A stretch of 62,881 nucleotides of DNA, filler included, from Choristocarpus tenellus KU-1152 (GCA_964200185.2; 12 parts of 12 records of this genome joined end to end with filler, not necessarily neighbours in it), one strand, 5' to 3'. Positions 26,657 to 40,137 are shown, counted from the first letter of the whole stretch. Program-made: numbers and translations. Notes: generated by a model not told the origin, from the sequence alone.

Positions 26657-28563
26657 AAACTTGGGAATGTATGCAACGGTTCTCATATTATTTCAAAGTC
26701 TGTAAACCAAAACAAAATTAAGATGGTAATTGATGATAACAGACCCCACATGGCTCACTCTTGACTGATACCAATTCTTATATCCATGCTAATAATTCAT
26801 AAGAGGACCTTTATCTGCTGACCTGATATTCATCATCCTCCTTCTTTGACCTTTTGACTGTCGGAATATCCCAGGAGTCCTGTACAAGCATCATCGCCAT
26901 ATATAGGCCTGTGGATCGGAGCTATACATCCCGCAGAGGTAAGCTTTGGAGCGTGCTGTAACATGGAGGTCCTACCCTGTCTCTTCAAGCTGGAGAGAAC
27001 ACTCAGCGTTCACCTCATCACTTAGGATTCTTGGTAGCTCCCTACTATGTCCTGGATATTCATCTTCATTGTTTCGTCGTCTCCTTGGATGGTTTGGAGT
27101 GCTCTCACTGTCTACCCCTTCCAACTTGGAGGAGAGGACTGGCATGATGGCAAAGGAGGCACCATACACCTCTGATCGTAAACGGGTGGTCTTGGATCCC
27201 CATGGGATAGACGCTGCTTAGGTACCTATTTCTCGCCATCCATACACTAACAATTCCCGATTTTTTTATGTCACATTATTATTTTTATTTTCCTCAGTTC
27301 CACAGACATTTCTGGCTCACAGAGTGCACAGGGAATCGAAGTCATACCTGATGTACAGATTCCGCGGAGAATCAATGATTCGGAGAGGTTCCATCTCAGC
27401 ACCACACCTCGTGAAAATTCCTGCAGCAGCCGTCGCGGCTCAACTGAACACAGAGGCAGGTCAAGAGAACGTGTCTATTTCCGTTCCTCCACCAGTGGCA
27501 GATCCCGTTAGGGTCGAGACCCTGACACAGACACTCCAGACGAGACTCAAGGAGGAATTGAGACGAACATAGACACAAAACCCGTTCGCTTGGACGTTGC
27601 AGCCGAGCCAGGGATTCCTCACCAAACAGATTTGTTTCCACCAAGGATTAGCCAGTGAGAAAGCATGGTTACGATACGCCGTCACAAAGAGGTAGAAGCA
27701 AAAATGAGAAGCGAAAACAAAGAGCTACGTGAAGAAGTAGCAGAGTTGAATTAGTCTAGATTTGGCAAATAAGTAGAGAGAGAAAGAACCACTCGCAACA
27801 TAGGCATACGCTACCATGCAATGCATTCACAAGAAGCTCGAGGATCCAGCCAAAGGTCTTCAAGGGGTATTAGCAGATAACTCGACCCCCGCCGCGTCTA
27901 ACAATCCTGTTATCTTCGCTGACGCTCTCAGTAAGCCCCTCGGTAGAGTTCAAGGAGGAATGTGGGCCTTACCCAAGGATCGGTCCAGGAACCATAATGC
28001 ATCGCGTCCACGCAGTGATAACGTAAGGCCTTCCGGCATCGAACTCCTCAAACAACTCCTGTTTGACTTTCTTAGGACACACAGCGATCTTCTGAGCGAA
28101 TCGTCTACAATCGAGCTACCGAGCATCACAGGGCAGCTCTTACAAGTTCCTCGAGACGACATATCAGCAATCAAGTGGGTCCACATTTTGGTGAGGGAAT
28201 GCACCCTTTCATATATGGCCAGTCGAACGACGCAGTGAAGGCTGCCATGAGTTATTTGATTACAGAGAAATGAGAGTCGTGGAAGGTAGTGACCAATCGT
28301 ATAGATTTGCACTATCGAGAGTACGCAGTAGACCTGGATGCGTCACCTATGTGAAGGTTGTTTTCTTCGGAGATACATGGGCGAAGATCTACTAACTGAT
28401 TTGTGTGGAGGAGTCCTACCAATTTTCCTCCCTCATGTCCTTCGCCAAATTCGTTACAGTACAGTACCTACACCGATTTTGTTCACCCATGGGTATGCCC
28501 CAAAAAAGCGGCACAGAATCTATATGGTATAATATCGATTTTGTAGTAATTAGGGTTAGGGTT

Positions 28564-28734
28564 AGCTGGGAATCAATCGTCGAAGCGACTAATTAATCGT
28601 GGTGAGCTGGGAAATCAATCGTCGAAGCGACTGCTTAATCGTGGCGATCTGGAAAATCAATCGTCGAAGCGACAAATTAATCGTGGCGAGCTGGAAAATC
28701 AATCATCGAAGCGAATGCTTAATCGTGGTGAGCT
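28564..28734. repeat. 42-bp tandem repeat, at least 4 copies, running into the contig end
   Basis: Unit AGCTGGAAAATCAATCGTCGAAGCGACTGCTTAATCGTGGYG at 28564, 28605, 28647 and 28689; preceded by TAGGGTTAGGGTTAG. Confidence 0.95.
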
Positions 28735-31421
28735 NNNNNNNNNNNNNNNNNNNNNNNNNNNNNNNNNNNNNNNNNNNNTTAATTAATTAANNNNNNNNNN
28801 NNNNNNNNNNNNNNNNNNNNNNNNNNNNNNNNNNCCGACCCCCCCCCCCCCCAGATACTTTGACCCACAATTACCAACAAGTGTGCAATGCGCAAGAACT
28901 AATTTTAACAATTCAACAAAGGATTTAAGATGATGAGGGTCTCCTACTTAATCTTGTGTCAATCCTTATGGACCCCCCCCTCCTCCCCCTTTTTTCTTCT
29001 GGGCCTGATCAAGCCATCATTCCTTAGTAGTGCTATTAGCGGTTTTGGTGTTTACAACAGTATACCTGCTTGACACTTGCATTCTCCCCTTTCCTTGGCA
29101 ACAAAGTTTTTTTCAACTTAAAAATAGCTAGAGATATCCCCTGCTTACATATTAGGTGGGCAAATGATTCGTATATTGACCTTCTGGACTGTCACTTCTT
29201 GTTTACTCCCTTCACTCTATCCCCTCTCTAACTAACTGAAGAAGACAATCCAGTTCATCACCCCTACATCAAATACACATGTGGGAAAGAAGTCCACCCA
29301 ACTACCTCCGTAATGCAATATATCTCCACTCGATCACATGGTCTATCTACAACTTCAACCTGATATCTCAATCATCCAACCGCATAAAATCACAGATATT
29401 TCACATGCAGGTACTACACGGAGGCGCATTCCTTAATCTATACAGAACTAGTGTCTTGTTTGATTTAATTGGAAGTATAGAACAATCCAGAATCAAGCCA
29501 TGTGGCATACTCAGCCCCTTTCTGAATAAGAACGAGTAGGCATTAAATCTCACACAGCTATCATCTGCTATTGGAAACAAAGGAGGATGTTACTTTTCCT
29601 GTAGCGACCAGATACTATAAAGTGAGAACTATTTACCCATTAAAAAACAACACACACACACTACTTCAGTATACAGTATAGTTGGATTGGTTGCCACAAC
29701 ATCGAGACTCCGTCTTAGTTGAAGTGTATTAGAAGTGTATACAGTATTCACTTACAATATGCAGTGGACCTGCCCAGCAGACTACATGTTGCATGGAAGA
29801 GGTAGGTGGTGGGTGTCAGGAACAACGGAGGAGAAAAACACATGTGCAGCCCAGGTGTGTTGAAAGGTCTACCTCTCTCGTTCCTGAAGTTTATCTCAGT
29901 TATCTGAAGCCTAGGATATTTACCACTTCAGAGTATTATTATTAGTCTAAGTACCCAGTATTACATTACTACTGCAATGCAACTCACCAGAAACAATAGT
30001 AGTAGTAAAGGGAGGATGAAGCAACTGCTTTGCCCTTAGATCAGGGCAACAAGTCACAGGCAGCCAGCTCTACAGGTCATGCCATATCTATCCTCGTAAT
30101 GTAGAAGATAAGTGTGTACAGCTCATTGCACAGCAGTATTGCAGGAACTCTGGGTAGGTACTCCTACCCGCCAGCCCTCGATACACTCTTTCTCATCATA
30201 TGATACAAATTGCCTTGTTTGAGGCACCCTAACTAGAGCCAGCTTTGCTTTGCTAATGACAAAAAAACAGCCTATACCCTATTTGCCAATTTGATCACCC
30301 TCAATTGTAGACCTTGAAGTATTATTGTGCGGTAAGAAAGCTTCACAACAAGCAAAAAAAAAGAAAGCAAAACGATTCAGAAGCACCAAAAAGCCCTCCA
30401 CACACTACTCAGAGTCATGCCTATTGAGCTAGTTAGCTTCACTGAGTCTACTACCTAGCAGTTGCTCGCTCCACTTGCATATTTTTGTAGCCCAGAGGTC
30501 TATCTCTCCTTACACCCACCCCCTGCATTCCACCTTAACTGACTTCTCTCCCCCACTATTTGCAACCACCATTACAGCTCTCCTTTAGGGCCAAATGAAC
30601 ACCTATGTTCAGTTGTGCACTCTAATCAGCACTCATGTTGACATCATTGTCCCTCTTCTGCTGAGATCCACAGGCGAACTCCACACTTCATCTTGTTATC
30701 CCCATTTTGGCTTCCCCCCTCTTTAACAATTGGGTATACCACCCAAAGGCAGAGTTTCTCATTGACTCAATGAGTTCCCACGGGAGTGAGAGGTCGACTC
30801 AGACTGCACGGCAATTTGTTTCAAGGGGGAACGGGGGAGGAGGGGGGGGGAAGGGGTTCTGGTTTACCACAAGAAGATTGCCAACATAACCTGATCATTT
30901 ATTGATATCAATCCTATCCGGAGATGAAGGCAGAAGGTAGTCCTCACAGCAATGAACCGTAAATGGTAATTGGGGAAATCTATGAGAAGAAAATCCTATG
31001 CTAATCTTCTTTGAGACCCTTGTCTTGAAAATATCCTATCATTATACTATGTGATAGGCACATAAAACACATAGAGCGAAACTGCCTATTTTGGTCTGAT
31101 TTTTGAAGCCTTCTTAAGCACACCATCTGAATCGAATATCTCTAGCTACATATCCGTAGCTCTTGCAAAGGGCTTCCTCCCCCTTAAACGCATTATAAAT
31201 AATAATAACAATAGTAAACAGCCACCCATGACAACATCATAACAGAACAAGAAGGATGAACTGAGATGATTTGTCCACCTATGGCATACTGTGGCGTGCG
31301 ACCATCCACTTCAACAACTAAAGTCAAAGGAAGAGGAGACCCCCCCTGCATAATGCAGGTGACTCTACTGTATATTAGTACAATGCAGCAACCATAGGGT
31401 GACATCAAGGTCAGGGTGTAC

Positions 31422-34400
31422 CTTCTTTCTCTTTGGGATGGTAAAGCCATCCCCTGAGGTGCTTGCTGATGCTGAGGCCTTGCGTTTCCCCTTGCTAGTG
31501 CCATTACCTCCCCCATCATCACCATCCAAGTGACCCCCAGCCCAGCCTCCCTGGATGAGATCATATTGTACACACAAGAAAGTCCAACACATGCGCAAGA
31601 CAAGATCAAATACTATATATATATATATATATGCTATAGAGTTCAATCCATCTGGGGACTGACGGTGAGGAAAGCAATAAGGGATGGTACCTACCTTACA
31701 CCTGAGAATTGTCACACATCCACAAAGAAGAGAGAGAGAGAGAGAGAGAATATGAAGTACATACCCCATTGGCCCAATGCAGCACATAGACCTTCCCATT
31801 TATCATATCTTGTTCATTGTACATGCCCACACCTCCTTAATGTAATATTTACTATTCTGATTATCAATCCTACATTCAGCAGTTCAAACCATACTAAATG
31901 AAAAAAATTAAAGACCATATTGACTCTCCTTACAGGTAAAAGCCCCAAGCTCGTACAAAAACCTGGCCTATCAAATCTCCTCAACCCGAAACACAAAACC
32001 ATCCCATCTTACGGCAACAGTACCATCACACATGCCAACACTGCATCAACGGCATGCATCCCCTTGTTCCAAAACCTTCACCCTATAAAACACCAAGCCA
32101 ATACTGTGGTCTTACTTCAAAACACATCAGGAACATTAGCCTCAGGACCTCCTCTGGCACATAGTGTATGCCAATCCTCACCTTGTGGAACCTTTCTGTC
32201 CCATCAACGCTATCCTCCTCCGCTGGCCTTTGATGTTCGTCCCCCTCCTCCCGCTTCCCCCCTGAAAAAAAGTTATACGCTGATTGATGGATGCAATGGA
32301 AATATCAGAGGGCATCATTTTGACACAATGGGGTGCTCTACTCAACTCAGTACGTGTTGCTTCTCTGATAGTAGAAGTACGACAAAGTAGAAAATGCTTT
32401 CAAATGACATCACCATCAACAATGCAATCAGTCAATGATGAAAACAAACAACTGTTAGCATCAAGAGGCAGTCAGCCAACATTCATTCAGTAACAACAGT
32501 CCACCACTTCACAATACCTTAGAAGTAATGTAAACATAGCCCGACTGGAGAGAGGCACACCCTTCCCCTCACATCATAAGTTCGTGCCAACGAAGACCAA
32601 CAACATTGGAAGTAATAAAAGTAATGTCTACAGTGCTAGCAGAGAGTGAAAGTATCCTAGAGGGTACGAGTTTGGCCCTGTTTGTCCATTTGGGGGTTGA
32701 CTTCCCATGGTGTATTTTTATGTCATTTTCCTACTCCAAAATGTTTCAGAGTAGGAAAAATGTATACGTCATGAAAAGGTGCGCCCGGAAGAAGGATACC
32801 AACACTTCCTAACAAACATGATAGACAAAATTACATCAAAATCGCAACATTGGATTTTGGACCCCAACTGGACGAGGCCCTACCCTCTAAGATACTTCGG
32901 CTCAGAAAAAAATTATATAAATTTTGTTTATACACCATAGATGAACAAAGTAGTGTAACAAAGGAACATAGAGAATCAAACTGTTTAACGAAATGCAAGA
33001 AAAGCTTCAGCGAGAAAAGTATGAAAAGATTCGAGGTAGAAAGGGGTAGAGTTAGCATGTGCTAATATAATAAGATAAAAACGCTAATTAAAAAAAAGAA
33101 GATAATCTGTGTAAAACATAAGAAATCAAGGTAGCGCGCAACAGGTATGAATGCTGTCAACTATGAACAAAAATAAACAAAAAAGCCAAGCTGCAAACAC
33201 TCGCAAACGATATCCAACACATTACCAAGCGCAATAGCTGTAACACTAATCACAACCACAAGATGATGTCATCACCAGTACTGCCTTGAACCCTTGATAT
33301 TCATGCTTTGCGATCCCATGACCATTGTCTTTTCTTATCCTCGAGCAGCACAGAATAAAACACCCAATCGCCACACCATACCATACCATACCATACCATA
33401 CCATACCATACCATATCATACCATACAATACAATACTAGCACACAGTCAAAACTCCTGCTCACGTGACGTTGCTCCCCGGTCGTGTCTCTCCTGAGAGTC
33501 AGTGTAGATGGAGATGCTTTTGGTGCTCTTGGTGCGCTTCTTGGAAGAGGAAGAGGACGAGAGCGACCCCTTGCTGTCTTTTCGACTCTGCAATCATTAG
33601 AACCATTTGCAAAAACCGTTTCACATCACATCCAAGCGGTTACCAACGGTGGGAGTGGAGGCATGAGTTGAACACAAAGGGCACTTGACAAGTAAGTAAG
33701 GTTTCTCCTTTGGCGCATACTATATGGAGTATTGGAATGGAGACTCTATGGAGTGTTAGAATTTATTTTGTTTTATGTGTTGTACCCCAAAGTTCAACAT
33801 TCAACATTTGACCATTGGACTCAAACTGGAGGGCAAGAGGGAGGCCACTGGTTGCTTGAACCCTTTACCGCCTGAATGTCACTCTGTTTTTGGATTACTA
33901 GAAATAAATAATACAAATAGGTATTCCACATACTACACATCAATCTCCATAGAAAGGATATCCCCCCAACCAACCAACTCCCTTCTACCATACGGTGGCG
34001 TATTGAATGACCAAGGGCAGTGATGAAGTAAGGGAACAGAACCTCACTACACCCTTTCTTGTATTATAACAAACTCCATTCATAGTGCCTTGAGTTGAGC
34101 TCATCAATCCCTCCACATTTTTTTTCATTAAAAAAAATCTGCTGTGGCTGATACAGACACTACACACACAAACAAGACCCTCTGCGAGATAGTGGACATT
34201 AAAAAAAATAATGTACGATTGTAATGCAATCTAAAGAGGCATTTTCTGTGTGTGACATCATCAAGGGACCTGATACGTCAGTTATGTCATTCTTACTGAG
34301 CGTGCCAATACATAGACCTGACACACACAAAACCCTCAACCAAGAACCAGCGCATCGCCCAATAAAAAAAATTCTTTCACAAGACACCCAATTAATGTGT

Positions 34401-37400
34401 AAGATGATCACCATCAAATCCCTCAAGGTAAACACTGCAAAATATGACCTTTCAAATGACTCCACTGAAAAACAAAAGAGTAATTGCTTACACACTCCCT
34501 GTCTGTTCCCCGCCAACCAAAAGACTGCCCAATGAGAAAAAGTACTTAAGTATATTTCATAGGGGTGTACACACATGCATGTAGGCGATGCATGGGAATA
34601 CATGATTAAAGCTCTTCTTGTATATCATGTCTGACAGTTTGTCATGGCTCAAAAGAACGCCTCCTCCAAAGCGTGACAACCGCACTGCTCTTCATCCCAG
34701 TAAAAAAATTAGAAAAAAATCAAATCAGTTGGGGTTATAGACTGCTACCATCTGACGCCATCCCTACCAAAACCAATCTATAGTAAGGTAGTACACTGAA
34801 GAGGTACAAGCGTATCCTGAAAGGTCTTGAAAAGAACTGCTACATGGAAGGCGTTGATGACTGATGCATCCACGCCTTCCTGAAAACTGAAAACAAAGCA
34901 AGAATGGAAATGCAATCCAATTTGAAACATACCCCATTACAAAAGACATGCAATCGCCTCAACTGCTGTACACAATCCCCTTGTGCCTGGATGGCACCTT
35001 TCTCAAAACATATCATGTACTGCTACAACATTACAAAATGTGTTTTGGACCATCTACCCCACACCTGTACTAATTATCGCTAACACTTATCTTCCGTCAT
35101 CACAAACCATCATCCATCATTAAAAACAAAAAAAAGACACTTCTGCAGTCCATGTAGCACAACTTTGTCAATAGTCCACCCTCTGCATTTGGAGTTTTTT
35201 CTTGAGATACATAATGTTTAGAGTGCATTCACAAAGGCGGGCATGTAAAACTCTATTTTTTTTCTTTCAATCAAACAGACTGACGGTTCGGTTCGCCCCT
35301 CCCCCCACAAAAACCAGGTCATTCGGGGTCGAGTTTAATTTGGCATAACGACTCCACCATTGTCAGGCTTTTTGATCTTGATCTTGGCAACAACTATTCT
35401 GAAGCAGTTTCAAGTCCAGATTCAGATCAATCCAATCAAGGTGCAGATCTCACCTCTTCCGGAAAATTTAGATAGTGAAAGTTTACTAAGAAAAATGACG
35501 AGAACTATGACTATGGAGGTAATTAGCTGGTAATTGGCGAGAATTTAGCAGGTAAAGTAGGTTAGCAACTAATACAGGGAACTAGACTGGTCATCTCTAT
35601 TTCATGACTGGTTTGACAAAAATAGGAACTAAATCTGAGTTGCCACCTTTTCCTGATTTCTTAAAAAGAAAATTGTTCACGAGAGAAATAGATTCAAGCG
35701 TTTCATTCAGAATAACAGCCCTGAGCAGCTCTGAGTTGCTCTGTAGTGAGCTTTAGTCTCCAATTTGATGCTCTGGAGCTTCCAGTGTGGGCTCCGTGCT
35801 GTGCGATGTTGTTAAAAAATACGTGCATATGAGGTAGATAAGGTTCATGCAAGCATGGTACTGTCAATAAAACTGCCCTCCACGTACTGATATGTTCCTA
35901 TTCAAATAGGTGATGATATTCACACCAAACAAGATCTTGTTGTAAAAGATCTTGTAGTAAGGCTAGACTAATTTACAAAACAGGCAATAAATACACCAAT
36001 TTGGATCAATACAATATCATTTCTGGAGCAGCCAAGTCAACTATCCCTGTAAGAATGTCTAATGCCCTCACAACCAAAATTCAAGAACAGAGTTAGAAAT
36101 CTCTCATCCACCTAGGCCTTCAACACAGTCCATCCTTGCCTCATCTTCCAACTACCAACACTAAATACTTTTGCCAAGACTCTTTTCCAACTTCGTTACA
36201 TAGACCACAGCAAGAATCAAACTTGATTAAATGAAAATAATAGAAATAATCTACACACAGAAGCCCCTCTTGAACATAACTCCACACACACACAGAGGCA
36301 TACCTTGCTCTTTGTCTTTCCTCCTGTTGACTCCCCCCCCTTCCTCTTGCTGCTTCCCCCAGTACTACTAACTCCAATGGGAGTGCTCATTGAACCATTG
36401 GAAGGTGTAGGTGAATCATCTAGTCCCTCCTCAAGAAGGTAAGCAAATTCCTCTCGCATGTACCAAGAGTCTCTTGCATCACCCCCTCTCTTCTCCTTCC
36501 GCGCCAACTCCTACACATAACATAACATAACATAACATACAGTTAGTTGTGCAGGGCGGGGCAGGGCAGGGCAGGGCACAGAGAGACAAATAAGTCAATA
36601 AAAAGAGGTAATAACAAACAGGAAGAGTAAATGAGTGTGAATAACTAATTATTAATGAAGTACAATGTGGAGTAAGGTAGAGGAATGCGAGGGCAATGTC
36701 AAGGGAAGGAATGAATGAATGCATGGGAAAGGTGGGGTAAAGGGGGAAGGGTTAGGGACGGAGGGACGAAAGAGAGCAGAGGAGGAAATTAAAAGGAAAC
36801 AATTCAATACAAATAAAATTGGGGTTCAAGCGGGAAGGAGAGGGGACCTAGAGGGATGGGTGGAATTGGGGTAATCACTCCCTTAGATTGGAGTACATAC
36901 TAATCTCAATCACAAGAACAATATCAGTATACACTGCAATTATCTTTTTTTCTTACATTTCAAAACCACACTAAGCACTGCAACCTGTGATGAACATAAT
37001 GCATAATCGGATGATTGGAAGTTTTTTTTCTCATTGTGCACACTGCATTGGAAAAAAAAAGAGTCGTCCTACGACTATGCATTGAATACCTGACATTGAT
37101 CTGAATACCTGACATTGATCTGAATACCTGACATTGATCTGAATACCTGACATTGATCGGAATACCTGACAGTGCAATCCCCAACTGTCCGCCCCCTCCT
37201 CACCTGTGAGAACTAATGTGTGGAGCACATGTAATGTGGAGACCCTGATGCAGCTAAATTCAAAAACGAGACCTTTTACACTGCAGAGTGTTCCAGGTAC
37301 GTATTGAGTCAAATTTATAATCGCATACACTAAGATAAAAAATATACATTCAGTCCATTTGGGACAGTACTCTACATCAACATCATTAATCACCCTTCTA

Positions 37401-38208
37401 CAATATTCAATCCACGCTATGTAGCAACATCCCAGATAATGACTACTAGTGCATCCAATGTTGCATGTACAGGTCATTCCAACTCACCTGTATTTTCTTC
37501 TCAACCTGCCTCTTAGAAGTCTCGGGGTGCAAGGCTGTGAACTCCATCACCAGCTTATCGATTCCCTTGCTTCCAGACCGGCATGTGAACCTAGACAGCT
37601 CACCCAGCAGGTACTCAGGCACTGATTTTGCCTGTGAACCATGCTGGCGCACACCACAGGTGCTGCTTGAACCCTGCACACAAGATGGTACAGGCATTGA
37701 CATTGACATGGACACACTTGTGAGTACATACGATGTGACATGGAACCAACCTTACAATGCCTCCCTATGGAGACATTGACAACTGTGTACTACACCAAAG
37801 TCGAATTGTTGAGGGGAGGGAAAGGGGGGATCGCTTCCTCATCGGTCAAATTCTACCCTAACACTTTAACATACTTGTACTAATAATTGGTTCATGAAGT
37901 AGATGCATACATACAACAGTACATATAGTTTCAAGGTTGCTTTACTTTACTTTACTTTACTTTACTTTACTGCTGTTAACTAGCAGCAAAAGGATACAAA
38001 AACCTCAAACTCCCCCTTCCCCTCTACCTACCTGACTCTGTGCAGCCAAGAAGGTAAGTTGTCTGTCCACATTGTCCCCTATAACCTTTACACCACCTTT
38101 CCCATCTGCAGAGTTTGCATCTCCCCCAAGAGTGCTTGCTGCTGTTGTCACATTGTCCACTAGCAGGGCATGTCTCAACTTTTGCTTGTCTGCACGCAAC
38201 TCAGCCAA
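31422..38208 (-). CDS. Multi-exon nuclear protein with a CAF-1 p150/Cac1-like winged-helix domain and a K/R/S-rich tail (partial)
   Basis: Phase-compatible exons 38208-38032, 37673-37488 (…GSKGIDKLVMEFTALHPETSKRQVEKKIQ), 36510-36304 (ELARKEKRGGDARDSWYMREEF…), 33587-33464, 32261-32182 and 31550-31422 (…FTIPKRKK). SKRQVEKKIxExAxKEKR…WY resembles the Cac1/CHAF1A C-terminal winged-helix domain. Orthology is not established. Confidence 0.65.
32644..32903. mobile_element. MITE family B, reverse orientation, intronic
   Basis: GAGTGAAAGTATCCTAGAGGGTA…TACCCTCTAAGATACTTCGGCTC. Confidence 0.9.
33376..33426. repeat. (CCATA)n microsatellite
   Basis: About 10 pentamer units. Confidence 0.95.
37083..37171. 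repeat. 19-bp tandem repeat, about 4.7 copies
   Basis: TGAATACCTGACATTGATC at 37083, 37102, 37121 and 37140, partial at 37159. Confidence 0.95.
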
Positions 38209-39404
38209 CTGGGTACACACACACATACACACACACACAACACACAAGGGCATGTATGTTGAGCATTACACATGTGTTAGTGTACATGATGTGTTGATGG
38301 GGGTGTGCAAAAGAGGCAGTCCTTCCTTCACAGGAAGCCAAGTACTCTTACCTCTAGCAAAAAATCTAATAGTAAATGTTAATGTTCTACCCACCAAGAT
38401 GAAAATCAACTCAGAGATCTCCTTGCACAAACATAACCAACTGACAGACTTCATTGACCTCACACTTGCTCTCTAGGAACCTATCAACTCAGCTCATGTC
38501 AACACAATTAACAGAACACCTCACCGAAGGACTGTCAAGGTAGTTCACACAATACAAATCACACAAACAGAAGAGCAATAAATCAGCTTATCCAACACGT
38601 GCTTGGGATGATTTGGGGCTGAGGTAACACCTTTTGTCCGGACTGGCTTGACATATCTTGACACGATTGGTCCAACGAAAACATTTCTCTGTCCTGGACT
38701 ATCAACTTTTTCGACTTGGTCTAGTTGCTTATCTAACAGGGGCCAGTTCATCTATACATCACCAGTTCAGTATAACAAGCACTCTCCACATGAACCAGAA
38801 ACCAATCACACTAACTGCCTGTACTGATGAAGGCCCCTGACCTAAAACCCTCCCCATCCATATTTTTTGCCTTTATTGCACCTCACAAGACTCCCCTTCC
38901 CCCCCCCCCCCATTTTTTCTCCCCCTTACAGCCCCCCTGGCCCCCCTCCCCAACAAACTCCTCACCCTTGCCCGCCCCTCCCCCCCCNNNNNNNNNNNNN
39001 NNNNNNNNNNNNNNNNNNNNNNNNNNNNNNNTTAATTAATTAANNNNNNNNNNNNNNNNNNNNNNNNNNNNNNNNNNNNNNNNNNNNCGTTTTCGCAAAA
39101 CAACCATACCCATAGTCCGGGGCCATCCCCAATTTTGAGGATCCCCTGTTAACTGTAATATTGTATTTTATTATTATGCATTGTGACTTTTTGGAGATGA
39201 TTCAGGGGAAAAAACAATGAAAACTATTCACATGTCAGAATAACCCCTAAAAAAGTAAGAGTTGTAAATGTGAAAGACATGATTATATTTACTATTTTAC
39301 TACCAGCTATGCTACACCATTCCCTTCCTGTCTGTTCCTCTAACCTAGCTTAGTCCTGCACTCCAGGGTGAGGGGCTAGGGAAGCACCCCCCCACGAGTC
39401 TAAC

Positions 39405-39600
39405 AACCCCCCTGGTGTCTCCAACTTAAAACGCATGGCACCTCTGGATAGGGCCACTTGCGTTGTGACAGAAATTATCTGTCGTAGACGGGATTTGACA
39501 GCCCTCTTTCTGCTGCAGCCTTCTGTCCCTCTCCGCCTTACCAAGGACCTCAAAACTTTCCACCGAGAAGGTGTTGAAGTTATATATTATTATTACAAAA
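39405..39600 (+). mobile_element. Probable LINE/SINE 3' end
   Basis: Homologous to 50270-50470 (TGTGACAGA…TAGACGGGATTTGACAGCCC…AAAACTTTCCAC), followed by a (TTA)-like tail. Confidence 0.55.
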
Positions 39601-40137
39601 AATATTATCTCTGCTATGAGGTTATGTTTGAATTGACAGTTTCATTTAGAGTTAGGGAATGTTGCAGTGATATCCTGACATAAGTACATCAAACACTTTT
39701 AGGTCCTTTACTGTTGGTGGTGTCTGCGACTTGCTGATAGGTGGGGGTGGATGGCAGTGCCGGGGTGAGCACTACATAAACCAAGGATTGATCTCGATCT
39801 AGTTTGCATGCATTCCCCAGGTTTCCAGATGGTTGAGCATCCTCTAAACCTTTCTTTTTCCTCTTCCAAGCTTTTCCAGCCAATATTTGAAAATTTGCAA
39901 TTCTTTGCACTTAAGGTAGCCGCCACTGCACTGTCGATTCCTAGAAGTGAAGAGGAGAATAAAGCAAGAGAAACGGATGCACGAGGAACGATAACATCAT
40001 TGATTGCTTCATCTATTCTGCCATCTTATCTACTCCCTCACATATGGTTGCCCCACTTTTGCGTGGTCACACGTTTGCGATCAGGGGGTGCTGATGACTA
40101 GGAGGAGCTGATACCTGTAGGGTGGTCTTTAACATAG

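Noticed and set aside
26318-26764. 148-aa ORF and similar ORFs sharing 'WGPKSNVAIL'/'PKYLRG' peptides
   Set aside because: These are translations of MITE family B DNA, not a protein family.
28564-28734. CRISPR-like array
   Set aside because: The units are contiguous with no unique spacers, there are no cas genes, and the context is eukaryotic. The same applies to 37083-37171 and 53819-54160.
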